DNA of 64,000 nt from Eledone cirrhosa. Its lineage: Eukaryota. Below the pieces are notes generated by a model, which was not told the DNA's origin, ran no database searches, and saw only the letters and a program-made list of their open reading frames with translations. The position numbers and the translations under genes are program-made. The first letter of the stretch is position 1. Every line of letters starts with the position of its first letter. Below, piece after piece: positions 1-11,622 of this stretch. The stretch is taken from assembly GCA_964016885.1 (NCBI GenBank), contig OZ024741.1, positions 215,140,001-215,204,000 of the forward strand. The letters are read 5' to 3'.

Positions 1-460
1 TATGGTTGGTGAGGATGGTGGGTAAATCGTCGAATATATGGTCTGTGAAAATGGTGGGTAAACTGTAGAGAATGGTGGGTAAATTGGTGAAAGGTGGGTA
101 AATTGGTGAGATGGTGGGTAAATTGGGGCGTATATGGTTGGTGAGGATGGTGGGTAAATTGTCGAATATATGGTCGGTGAAAATGGTGGGTAAACTGGAG
201 AGAATGGTGGGTAAATTGGTGAAAGGTGGGTAAATTGGTGAGATGGTGGGTAAATGGTGAGAAGAGATGGGTAAATTGGTGAGAATGGTGGGTAAATCGA
301 AGAGAATCCTGGGTAAATTGGTGAAAATGGTGGGTAATTGGTGAGAATGTTGTGTAAATTGGGTAGATAGGTGGGTAAATTGGTGAGATTGGTGAGAATG
401 TTGTGTAAATTGGGTAGAATGGTGGGTAAATTGGTGAGATGGTGGGTAAATTGTAGAGCA
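1..460. repeat. ~21-bp GT-rich minisatellite (approx. GAGAATGGTGGGTAAATTGGT), truncated by window start
   Basis: Repeated tggtgggtaaattggtgaga units with small indels. Confidence 0.85.
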
Positions 461-654
461 AATTAGTTGAATCCTGGATAAAAATTGTGGATGAAATAGC
501 AGGTAAAATAGAAGGTAAATAGTAGATTATGTTGAGGTGTGTGTGGGGGGGTTAGTTAAGAAGGTAAGTAATATGTAAGGTTTCAATCATGACCTTTTCT
601 TGGTAAATGACAGAATTCATTTCACGGTACATGGAGTTAAAAAAACAACATTTC

Positions 655-716
655 TAAAGAAAGAAAAAAGGAAGAAAGTAAGACAGGAAAAAAAGCAAGC
701 AAGCAAGCACGAAGGA

Positions 717-780
<64 letters not shown>

Positions 781-1034
781 AGAAAGAAGAAGGAAAGAAG
801 AAATAAATAAAGAAAGAAAGAAAAAAGCAAGGACGAAAGAAAAAAAGAAAGAATGAAAGGGAAAAAAGAAAGAAAGAAAAAAAGGAAGAATGTAAGTAAC
901 AAAGAAAGAAAGACAGAAAAAAGCAAGCAACCACGAAAGAAAGAAGAAAAGAAAGAAGGAAAGAAAGAAAAACGAAAGAAAGAAGAAAAGAAAGAAAGAA
1001 AAAAAGAAAGGAAGAAAGAAGAAATAAATAAATA

Positions 1035-1090
<56 letters not shown>
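655..1090. repeat. Polypurine (GAAA)n low-complexity tract
   Basis: Direct inspection; the overlapping ORFs are K/E/R- or F/L/S-rich artefacts. Confidence 0.9.
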
Positions 1091-1231
1091 ATATATTTTC
1101 CCATCATTTTTACCAGTTTAAAATCTAATTTATCTTCTATAATAATTCTTGAAATGGAAATAATTCATAAAATAAAAAGAGAAGAAAATGTCCTTGGTTG
1201 GATGTCACATTTTTCTATACTTCCGTTATTT

Positions 1232-1294
<63 letters not shown>

Positions 1295-1300
1295 TTATTA

Positions 1301-1370
1301 CAGCTCCGATACTATGGGCATGTTGTTAGAATGTCACAGGATGGAATCGCTGGACAGATTTTACGGGCAA
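1301..1370 (+). mobile_element. Tiny RTE-clade LINE ORF C-terminal fragment between (TTTA)n and (GAA)n
   Basis: Translates as QLRYYGHVVRMSQDGIAGQIL, resembling the LRW(F/Y)GHVxRM motif near the C-terminus of RTE-type ORFs. Confidence 0.5.
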
Positions 1371-1457
1371 GAAGAAGAAGAAGAAGAAGGAAGAAGAAGA
1401 AGAAGAAGAAGAAGAAGAAGAAGAAGAAGAAGAAGAAGAAGAAGAAGAAGAAGAAGA

Positions 1458-1519
<62 letters not shown>

Positions 1520-2078
1520 CTTTATTATGTCAAAACTGTTGCATATTTTTGCTTGAAATGTTCACAACCGCTTCTCCTACAGTAAATACATGTAAGTGCT
1601 TAGCTAATTTTAAAGGGTTTTCATGTGCTGTGGTATATATATAAATTATTAATCTATATAGATATTTATATACATATAACCTATTGTAATGTAATAAGAT
1701 AAAAATACTTGCAACCATAATTCTTCATATAACCTAATTGATTATATATACAATATTATAACTCATAATATAGGTAAATAAATTTAAATTTAAACTCTGG
1801 AATCATATTCCACCTTTTCCCCCAAATTAACGTAAATAAAAGTTCTTCTTCCTTTTTCTTCTTTCCTACTCATGCATACATATCCTAATGATTTAAATTC
1901 TCCATAGCGTCTAAAATAATCTTTTTTTTTCATCCCTTTACCTCAATCTCATTTGCACACTCATCTTAATAATTTGAAATATCTGACTTTTCTTCTCTTA
2001 TCCCTTCACTATCCAAGGAAAACTTGAACCGTTAAGATATTTTTCTTGGTTATGTCAAAATTTATAAAACACACTTCG

Positions 2079-2139
2079 TATTTTATCTGATGAAAGCGTA
2101 CCAAAGTGTTGGTACCCTTGAGATATATATAATAGAATA
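2079..2139 (+). ncRNA. Minimal type I hammerhead ribozyme, probably inactivated (GAAA changed to GAGA)
   Basis: TATTTTAT-CTGATGA-AAGcGTACC(aaagtgtt)GGTACcCTT-GAGA-TATATA-TA-ATAGAATA. Same family as 57520-57585, with a shared downstream tail. Confidence 0.7.
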
Positions 2140-2283
2140 AATAAGGTTTTATAAATATAGTTTCCATTTATTTAATATCGTTGAATAATATACTTCAGAA
2201 AATCTGTCGAGTGCCCTGAATCAGTTATAAACATCTATATTTGTTGAATTACCAACAAATTGAATATCCTTTTGTATATATAT

Positions 2284-2476
2284 AATATAGAAATGGGTTC
2301 TACAGGACTAGAAGTGTTTTATTTGGGAGAAATCATCACGGCTTCCTAATGATTTCTCCCCAATGAAACAGTTCTAGTCCTGTAGATGCCATTTCTATAT
2401 TAAACATTTATACTCTGCTATGTATTGAGTAATTTACTTACTGAGGTTACCCCCCATTTAACCCAGGATAAACTTA
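2284..2476. mobile_element. Fold-back PLE pLTR remnant (family B): palindrome 2284-2401 of two degenerate HHR arms plus 3' tail
   Basis: Inverted arms. The + arm 2340-2390 reads GGCTTC-CTAATGA-tttctccccaat-GAAA-CAG(ttctagtc)CTG-TA-GATGCC. The tail matches 48627-48700 and 51401-51480 in reverse complement. Confidence 0.75.
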
Positions 2477-2513
2477 TATATATATAGATACATATACACA
2501 CATTCACACGCAC

Positions 2514-2592
<79 letters not shown>

Positions 2593-2670
2593 CAGGGTGT
2601 CCTAAAAGATGTATACATAATTTGATTAGAATGGTGTTGAGGAGTGTATATACATTTTGAGGACACCCTG
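2593..2670. mobile_element. 78-bp Tc1/mariner-type MITE
   Basis: Terminal inverted repeats CAGGGTGTCCT...AGGACACCCTG, flanked by TA on both sides (2591-2592, 2671-2672). Confidence 0.75.
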
Positions 2671-2865
2671 TATGTATATAACTGTATGGTGTTTAAATAT
2701 TGTATGCTTTTTCACACTCACTGAAGCGTTTGTAGAATTATATCGGTGATATTACAAAACTTGATAATGAAAGTATATGAAGTTGAGCCTGAAAAAAACT
2801 GTCTTTTATGTTATGATGAAAGATATATATTTATATATATATATACATATATATATATATTTATA

Positions 2866-2970
<105 letters not shown>

Positions 2971-3059
2971 GTACATATATGCATATACACGTATGTATAT
3001 TCATAAACATATCTATATATATAATATATATATAGTAATAATAATAAATGTGAAGACGA

Positions 3060-3178
3060 AAATCCGAAGAGGGCTCGATAAGGATAATATATATATAAAA
3101 ATATATAAAACTGTTTCAGAAGATCCCGTTAAGGGTGAAAGCAGCGATTCTTTGAACTTTAATCTGTTATTTTAATAT
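3060..3178 (+). repeat. Dispersed repeat with degenerate HHR-like core; inverted copy at ~61826-61982
   Basis: CAGAAGA-TCCC(gttaa)GGGT-GAAA. Shares gggctcgataaggata and actttaatctgttattttaata with the reverse complement of 61826-61982. Stems I and III are unclear. Confidence 0.55.
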
Positions 3179-3323
3179 ATATATATGTATATATATATAT
3201 AAATCCAAAATTAAGATAAAATAAATTAAATGAATTTAATCTAAATTGAAATTGTGGGTGTCATGTCGTACGGCATGCGCCATATATCCTGGAAATTGAG
3301 CTCTAAGATAAATCTGAGCATAT

Positions 3324-3920
3324 TATAATAACTAGAAATTGATTAACATATAAATATACATGAATAATCACAGGAGATAATGTTTGCCCGCGTGTAACCA
3401 CGCATAGCTAGTATAGGTAATATTTACCTTTAAGTAAGTATGATTAACCTTTCTTGTATATATCCGATTAAAGAAATATATTTCACCAATTAATCAGATG
3501 GTAAGTCACGGAAAGTGGATATTATTGCATTGTCAACAAGGAAAGTGTAATAATTTCCAGCTATCCGTACTTACAGAACGAGTTTAAATCTCCATCTAGC
3601 CGTTACCACGTGTTGTGTCTACACAAGATAGCGGTTTCGTTTCAGTGGCGTGAATAGGTATTCGACAACTCGTTCTGTAAGTACGGATAGCTGGAAATTA
3701 TTACACTTTCCTTGTTGACAATCCAATAATATCCACTTTCCGTGACTTACGATCTGATTAATTGGTGAAATATATTTCTTTGATGGGATATATACAAGGA
3801 AGGTTAATCATACTTACTTAAAGGTAAATATCACCTATACTAGCTATGCGTGGTTACACGCGGGCAAAAATTATCTCCTGTGATTATTCATGTATATTTA
3901 TATGTTAATCAATTTCTAGT

Positions 3921-3927
<7 letters not shown>
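3324..3927. mobile_element. Fold-back element: 261-bp inverted arms (3324-3584 / 3667-3927), each carrying an HHR
   Basis: The arms are near-identical reverse complements with an 82-bp spacer, and the element ends in (TA)n. Confidence 0.9.
3708..3801 (+). ncRNA. Type I hammerhead with U3:A8 core (UUGACAA); mirror copy at 3450-3543 on minus strand
   Basis: TTCCTTG-TTGACAA-tCCAAT...ATTGGt-GAAA-TATAT...ATATA-TA-CAAGGAA; all three stems pair. Confidence 0.75.
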
Positions 3928-3989
<62 letters not shown>

Positions 3990-4110
3990 GACTGTCACTA
4001 CTCTAAAACAATAGCGTAAGGTCTTCGAAATGTTTTTAATTAAGCATACAGTGTATTGCAAAATACACTATATATACATTCATATATATATCGCTATTTC
4101 AGAGCGCCAA

Positions 4111-4240
<130 letters not shown>

Positions 4241-4294
4241 CTCTGATACCATCAACACTATAAGCACAGAGGTGGCATATCTAAGAACTGACTA

Positions 4295-4354
4295 ACTGCC
4301 TGATGAGATCATAGCCATTCAATGGCTATCATCGAACGAAATATATATAGCAGT
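4295..4354 (+). ncRNA. Minimal type I hammerhead (4-nt extra GAAC before GAAA)
   Basis: ACTGC-CTGATGA-GATcATAGCCAT(tca)ATGGCTATcATC-gaac-GAAA-TATATA-TA-GCAGT, followed by AATAAA. Confidence 0.75.
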
Positions 4355-4399
4355 AAATAAAGGATTAAGAGTTCATGCAATTGACTTATGTTTCGTCAC

Positions 4400-4430
<31 letters not shown>

Positions 4431-4627
4431 TAAGTATCGAGAGAGAGAAGAAGAGATAAGGGATACATATAGTTAGTTGCCAATAGCTTGTGCATACGTG
4501 CTCAATACTTGTGCCTACAATCTATTGGCAACTAACTATATGTATCGCTTGTGTCTTCTCTCTCTCGATACTGAAATATTCTATTACTGCGCTCCTTCTA
4601 GTAGAGCACTCTACTTTATTTGCCATC

Positions 4628-7600
4628 ATGTTGGAGAATCAGCCGTTACACATGTCTCTCAAGTGTATCCTATTACCTAGTAGAAAAACATACCTCAAAT
4701 AACTTATAGATGCTACTAACTCGTTTATACGGAGAGTAACATGGAAGGCCTACCACCTAGATAAGGACACCTGTAACCTTCCAGAACCTAAAGAGGAATA
4801 CGGCTTCAAAACGTGCCGAAACCCCCCACATAACACCTTGCTAGACTCCTTCGTGGAGGACTTGCTGAAACTGATCAGAAACATTAAGTTTAAGAATAAA
4901 CACCAATGCAGTAATCCATTCTTAACAACCCTGGACGCACTTATCACTAAGATCGAGAATGACCCACACCTCTTCGTTACCACTGACAAAACCAAGATGC
5001 TGTATAAGATGGACGTGAGCAAGTACAAACAATTCATTTATAAAGAACTAGCAGTAAAGCCCGGCGTTGCTCGGGGTCGCTCAGTAGCTGTGTTAAAGTT
5101 ACAATGTTAAGTTTCTTTTTTGGCTTAAAAACTGTAATGTCTACTGTGCAGACTTGCATGTGGTGTTTTTGATTAATATTCCCTCAACCAACAATATGCC
5201 TTATGAAGTTAAGAAAACATAACGATAACCCGAATGTTATAACAAAAGAGGATGCTGGGGATAAAAACTGCACTGGTTATTTATTAACAAAGATCGAAAA
5301 TGTAAACACTGCAACGCAGAGAAAAACATTAGCGTAACCAAATTATCAGTTATGTCTGTCTGCACGCCTATATCACCTCTCTGCACGACTGTCTGTCTGC
5401 ACGCCTGAAATATTTGCTTGTTTTACGTAGTCTTTAAATAGACTTGTTTTCAAGTAAAAATATTGTTTTAAAATGCTTTTAAATGGAAATGAAGCAAAAC
5501 GGAAGCTTAGTGTTCGAACGTATTGTGTTAATGTCATTTTAAACGCTGAGAAAGCCAGCGTAATTTTTTACGTAAGACGCTCAATGTAAACAGAACAAAG
5601 GGAAATAACTGATAACTTACGCTCAAAAATCGATACATTATATTCGATTTCGTCACATAGGGTGGGTCAATTTGAAATTTTTTTTTCCGATGTCTTCGCT
5701 AGGGCTCATTGTACAAGTATAGCAATTTCGGTGCAATTCCGTCAGAGATTCTAAGAGGAGATGTGTGCCAAAAATCGATAGACAGACAGACAACCACAGT
5801 TTTATATATATAGACTACACAAAAATTATTTTAAAAAACACCCAGTAGTACCTTAAATGACATAAATAGAGTATGGAAGGATATAGTTACTAGCTTAGAC
5901 ATAAGTACACCAACCCATGTGTCCCTATGACACCTAGATTCTCTCTTAAGGATCAAAAATGTAACCTTAATGAAAGTCTCTCTTTTAGATTAATATGTCC
6001 CTCTACATCGGAAATAGGTAAGATTAGTAAAGTGACCCTGGATAGAGTACTACTGGAACTTAATAGCAAAGCCAAGTTCTGTCTCTGGTGCAACACGGAC
6101 CAGGTCATTAATTGGTTCACTGAGTTGCCTGATAAAGCAACTCTGAGGTTCATCCAGTTTGACATAGACAGCTACTATGCCTCTATCTCCCCCATATTCT
6201 TAAACAAAGCACTTATCTTAGCTAGGTCTATCCCCACTAAAAAAGAGATATATATAGTACTAGCAGCGCGTAGAACTATTATCCAGTTCGAAGGCTCCCA
6301 TTGGACCAGAACCAATTGTCCTGATAACTTCGATATCACGATGGGGTCCAATGACTCGGCGCAAGCAACCGACCTGGTTGGTATATACATCCTCCATAGA
6401 CTTAGAGACGAGAAACTACAGCCCCCGCAGGATAGAGAACCTTAACAAGCACATACACAGGTTCTTTAAGTCATACGGCCTATCCGTGACTATGGACCTC
6501 AACCACCAGATAGTCAACTTCCTGGACGTGACCCTGGAGTTGGGTACGGGCCTATACAAGCCATACCATAAGCCCGGCGAAATTCTATATTATATTAATT
6601 ATGCATCAAACCACCCTAAGTCTACTCTCAACTCCATAGTATATAGCATATCCCATAGGATCTCGAGGCTCTCCGCCAACGTGGATATCTTCAACCAACT
6701 GGCCGAATACTACAATCAGGCCTTGCTAAATGCCGGATTTAACCGTAGAATCTCCTATATCCTTGACGCTAGCTCTAATCTTATAGTAAGCCATACCTAT
6801 AACCGAGTACGCAGCGGCCAAGACAGAGTCAAGAACTATAGTATAGAGAATCGTACTAAGGAACACAGCCGAACCGTTAATTACATGAGTGATGGTGTAG
6901 AAAACCTAGCGCACAATAAGGGTCACGATACTGGTAACGGTAGCTGCTGTAGCCTACTAGAATTATTCCTTAACTATAAGATCAGCAATAGCGATGGCCT
7001 ATTACCAACGCTCTCCAACCGGCGTTTAGCTACATATAAATGTAACAGAAGGAAGGCCCGTGCATCCGAGCATAAAGCGAAGGGGACGCATAATAGGCTA
7101 CAGAACAGTAACAACCATAAAAACGGTCACCTAGGAAGCACAACCCGTAGCTAACCCACAGATACGCGTAACCGCCACCGTAATGTTCTATGGTTCCATG
7201 CTCCCTACTCTCGGAGTGTGGCCTCCGAACTACCCAGGATATTCTTCGCAGCCTTAGAGAACAACATCCCACCCAACCATAAATACAGGAAAATCCTCAA
7301 TAAGAACAATATTAAAATATCCTTTTCTGTTACTAATCTAGCAGACATCATACGAACAACTAATCACAGTAAGATCACCAAAACACGGCACCTTAGCACC
7401 GATACGTCTAGACCCGACAGCAACCCTAATAGCCTTAACGTTTCCCTAGCAGCACCCAATAGTGCTGGCGGCAGCCCCAACAGACGCAACCGACATAACC
7501 GCGGCGAGACTGGAGAGTATGCTGGTGACCCGTACGGGTCACCCGGCGGCAACAGAAGGCGCTGGGGCGTGCGGAGTGATAATGGTACTACCCCGCACGC

Positions 7601-8114
7601 CATAGGATATAATAGTACTAACGACCGAGATAGAGGCGTAGATAACAACATAGGTAGCAATAGTATTAGCTTTACTTCGGGAACTAGGAGCGACCGGAAC
7701 TGAAAATGCAACTGTCGTGACAGGGGAAGCTGCCCGCTCAGGGGAAATTGCCTGACTGATAATATTATTTATAGGTGCACCATAACTAGCCATAATATCG
7801 TTAAGCATTATATAGGGCCACCTCTGGACCGTTCAAAACTAGATTTCGAACACATCTCCACTCTTTTAGAAACAAAAAACTAAGACACTGCATGTCACTT
7901 GCCAATTACATTACAACATTAAGACTCCAACATCAGCTTCTCCACACACTGGGAAATTGTCGGCAGGGCAGCACCGTACAATTTCAAGAGGAAGTGCGAG
8001 CTTTGCCTCATGGAACTTTACTGTATCATAAGAGCACTCCTTGAGCTCATCAACAGCAGAGCAGAATCGGTGATAAACTGCAGGCACCGAATACAGGTGT
8101 CTTACTTTGGATAA
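4628..8114 (+). pseudogene. PLE reverse transcriptase / GIY-YIG endonuclease pseudogene (stops, frameshifts, YxDD segment missing, Helitron-like insertion)
   Basis: Motifs in order: SLKCILLPS..FIRRVTWKA..EYGFKT; DKT; RLICPSTSEIGKISK; FIQFDIDSYYASIS; FDITMGSNDSA; VNFLDVTL; YINYASNHP; NVLWF; KISFS; CNCRDRGSCPLRGNCL (CxCx5C); IIY..HYIG; CELCLME; CRH. These match my recollection of Naiad-clade PLE proteins. Confidence 0.9.
5048..5814 (-). mobile_element. Non-autonomous Helitron-like element inserted in the PLE ORF
   Basis: On the minus strand it starts TC, has (CTGT)n near the 5' end, and ends with a GC hairpin CCCGAGCAACGCCGGG followed by CTAG. Removing it rejoins the host reading ..FIYKE|LHKNY.. 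The site is G|T rather than the canonical A|T. Confidence 0.75.
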
Positions 8115-8461
8115 AAATCGACTGAGACATGAAAACCATAAACTGGGTCCCCCTGCACCAAACCATAACAGTCCGGTGGGCAGACGGGGCAAATAAACAT
8201 CTGTAAAACCGACTATGCATCCCAGACCATGCTTGAGTCGACAATAGTAAAGCAGCACCCACAAAATAGTAATGGGAAAACACCATCATGTGAACGGGTA
8301 ATAAGCAATTTTGGGTCAATTATTCAAACACCAGCCAGAGTTACTCCCCTTGCTCTGTGGCAAAAACAACGCGTGTGTTTGAACGAAGAATGAACTTTGA
8401 TGTAACTATAACCTTAAAACCCCTCCTGGGTCATGTACTGAACATTTTTTTAGTTTTCTAT

Positions 8462-8502
8462 GCCCTTGAGAATCCCTTTTCGGGCGAAACGTACGTAGGT
8501 GC
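8462..8502 (+). ncRNA. Minimal hammerhead with U3:A8 core (UUGAGAA) at 3' end of the Naiad-type element
   Basis: GCCC-TTGAGAA-tCCC(ttttc)GGGc-GAAA-CGTACG-TA-GGtGC, with a palindromic stem III and the expected pLTR position. Confidence 0.65.
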
Positions 8503-8547
8503 TTTTATATAAACATGTTTTAACGGTATATTCTCCTTTGTAATCAG

Positions 8548-8586
<39 letters not shown>

Positions 8587-8897
8587 TATTTCAGTTATTT
8601 TCATCACCTAAGTGTAGAATTAGAGGTTCTGGTAGGTATATCATGATGCTACAAATTAATAGAGAACTCAGGGTTATGGATGTCATCCATCGTAGATGTG
8701 GCATCCAGTATTTGGCGCAGGAAATGGTGTAAAGTATTTAAAACAATAACAGAAGGTAGGCCTGGAAGATATGGTGTAAATTTTAATTTCGTGGAACTTC
8801 GATAGAATTTTGTAATTCTGTCGAAGTTACCCGATAAGTCTGTCCTCTCTTGCATCATAAATGATAATGGGGCTTGGCCGTTGAAATATGTTTAGTG

Positions 8898-9113
8898 ATA
8901 TACTTTCCTTATACATATTAACGGCTAAGCCGCCTAATTTGCATATCGAGTGAGTTAGTCGGCCGGGCGCACCGAAACCGATAAATAGAAAAGAATGAAA
9001 CGAAATTTCATTTCTTACTCTTAGTACGGCTGATACCTAAATATAAGTATTTATACGTACATACATATATGTGTACGGACGTACAGTAGTATGTATATAT
9101 ATATACACACATG

Positions 9114-9182
<69 letters not shown>

Positions 9183-9721
9183 GTATGGGTTTACCAAACA
9201 TTTATTATAATGTTTGGTTTGTTTGTAGACAAACAAACAGCCCGAATTACGCCGTACAGTTCTCGGCAACCATCGTCGCCCTTTTGTTCAACACTGACAC
9301 AGGAACGATGTACTAGTTTCAAGCTTATTAGCTATGCAAATTAGGCTGCTCAGCCGTTATTATGCATAAGGAAAGTATATACTTTCAGACGTTCAATCAT
9401 CTGACAGAGAGGTATACGATGCTGACGATAGCTAATAAGCTTGAAACAAGTACATCGTTCCTGTGTCAGTGTTGAACAAAAGGGCGACGATGGTTGCCGA
9501 GAACTGTACGGCATAATTCGAGCTGTTTGTTTACAAACAAACCGAACATTATAATAAATATTCGGTAAACCCATACCTACATATATATATATGTATGCAT
9601 GTGTGTATATATATACATACTACTGTACGTCGTACACATATATGAATGTACCTATAAATACTTATATTTAGGTATCAGCCGTACTAAGAGTGAGAAATGA
9701 AATTTCATTTCATTCTTTTCC

Positions 9722-9727
<6 letters not shown>
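8898..9727. mobile_element. Retrozyme-like element, copy A: two inverted, circularly permuted copies of a ~430-nt non-coding HHR unit
   Basis: 8981-9335 is the reverse complement of 9428-9727, and 8898-8944 is the reverse complement of 9334-9381. Homologous to 60146-60973. Confidence 0.75.
9416..9458 (+). ncRNA. Type I hammerhead with extended stem I
   Basis: ACGATG-CTGACGA-tAGCT(aata)AGCTt-GAAA-CAAG-TA-CATCGT; the inverted arm reads CTAG instead of CAAG. Confidence 0.85.
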
Positions 9728-9788
<61 letters not shown>

Positions 9789-9871
9789 TACATAAATGTG
9801 AGGGTACGAGTGTCGGCTGAAATGTTCATAAGGTGCCCAAGTTACTCTCATGAAATGTGATCAAATGCGGT

Positions 9872-11013
9872 TTATTTTTCAACATAGTCCTCCTTGGGGT
9901 CTAGACACTTCTTCCATCGTTGTTGCAGTGCTTGGATCCCATCAGTGAAGAAGCTTTCACCGTGTTGGTAAAAAAAGGTCATCAACAGAAGATATGACGT
10001 CTTCATCCCTGCTATACTGGTTCCCAGCCAAGTATTATTTTCATGTTGGGGAGGGGATGATTGTCAGATGGGTCGAATCAGGAGAATAGGGAGGGTGATC
10101 AACCAGGTCAAAGCTACAGTCACACACAACAGCCACTTGAACTAAGGACTTGTGTGCTGGAGCATTATACTGATGAAAAAAACACCTTTCGTCTGTTTTC
10201 CTGGGCATTCGGTCTTGAAAGCCTTTCGTAACTGCATCATATTACTCTCCATTGATGGTGTGGCCCTGTTAAAGATAGTTAAGTAACACAATGCTTTTTG
10301 CAGCTCAGAGTGATGAACCCAAAACTGATCCTGGGTTAGGAAACGTCGAAGAAAACAAACTGGATATTCCTCAAAAAATGTTGGATATTCCTCAAAAAGG
10401 TATGATCAGCTTGGTGGTCTTTTGATCTGACGTTAGAAAATATGACACCCACCAAGCAGAAACCTTCGTAGTGCCAAGTTCATAGTACAGAATATTCTCA
10501 ATTCCCTTACGGGATATGTTAATAGCATTGGATTTTTGAGTTTTAGTTAATTGTCTGTCATCCACCACCATGTAGTGAACAAGCTCAATATTTACCACGG
10601 TGGTGTCAGACGCCATGCTTTGCAGCATAGAGTTACGGCTCATTTTGATCTGAGTTCAAATCTGGCCAAGGTTAACTTTACCTTTCATCCTTACGGGGTA
10701 GATAAAATAAAGTACAAGTCACACACTGGGGTCGATTTAATCGACTTCCCCTGGCGCCAAAATTGCTGGCCCAATGCCCAAATAAAAAAAAATCAATATT
10801 TACCAGAGTGGTGACAGTTGCAGAACGTCAAGACCTTGGGTCATATTTAAGACTCCCCCATCCGCTCCTAAATTCAGCTGACTACTTTTTTAATGTTAAT
10901 AAAGCTGGATCATCATCCCCCTAATGTAACAACCATATCAACATGAATGTCGTTGGTGGCTAAACACTTTTTCTGCAGGTACATCATAACAGCAGATGCA
11001 AAATTTTGCCCAT
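9872..11013 (-). pseudogene. Mariner transposase pseudogene
   Basis: N-terminal YLQKKCLA..DIHVDMVVTLGDD..AEFRSG..LKYDPRS; KVSAWWVS (WVP motif); NAPAHKS; PYSPD..PSD; C-terminal FFTDGIQALQQRWKKCLDPKEDYVEK*. Confidence 0.9.
10606..10792 (+). mobile_element. 5'-truncated tRNA-derived SINE resembling octopus SINE families, nested in the mariner
   Basis: B-box-like GAGTTCAAATC, then ..ctttcatccttacggggtagataaaataaagtac..ctggggtcgatttaatcgactt.., and an A-tail. A 21-bp target duplication with 2 mismatches lies at 10585-10605 / 10793-10813. Confidence 0.8.
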
Positions 11014-11294
11014 TTTCAAGAGAAGTCGCTACTTGTTACTTTTGAAGTTTTCTTTGAACAGTCACATGCCAATTTATCTGGAAGGAAACAATGCAATGAT
11101 AACAATGAAGTGTTGAAATTAATGCACGTCACATTTCACGGCTCTAACATCATTCCTTCAAAGTCAGCCTATTAAGTTTTCAGCCCAGCCTCCTATGAGT
11201 GCCTATTTTCCTACATAAGATTCTGCGTCAAAAGTGTTCTTGGTGAATATGAGCGTGTGAAAAATGCTTCTATATTAAAGATTAAAGCTGATAC

Positions 11295-11399
<105 letters not shown>

Positions 11400-11622
11400 A
11401 TATATGTTTATGTGTATGTGTGCGTTTGTTTATATATAGGTGTTTGTGTGCATATATATATGTGTGTGTGTGTATATATATACATTGATACATGCATACA
11501 TATTTAAAGATACACGCATATGCACATACATATGCCTCCCGCATTCATGCACGTGTATACATACATGCATACATACAAACATACATACATACACACATAC
11601 ATACATATACATATGTGTGTAT

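Larger units (their letters stand above)
4426..8550 (+). mobile_element. Near full-length decayed Penelope-like retroelement, Naiad-type
   Basis: 5' inverted hairpin (4426-4579), RT plus C-terminal GIY-YIG pseudogene, 3' UTR ending in an HHR-like motif; bounded by (TA)n on both sides. Confidence 0.85.
9807..11193 (-). mobile_element. Decayed mariner transposon with imperfect TIRs and TA flanks
   Basis: Ends cgagtgtcggctgaaatgttcataagg / cctattaagttttcagcccagcctcc; TA at 9805-9806 and 11194-11195. Confidence 0.85.

Noticed and set aside
7701-7703. In-frame TGA just before CNC as possible selenocysteine (some Naiads are selenoproteins)
   Set aside because: It is not at a conserved Cys position, the ORF has other stops and frameshifts, and I could not identify a convincing SECIS. 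SECISearch on 8115-8550 would settle it.
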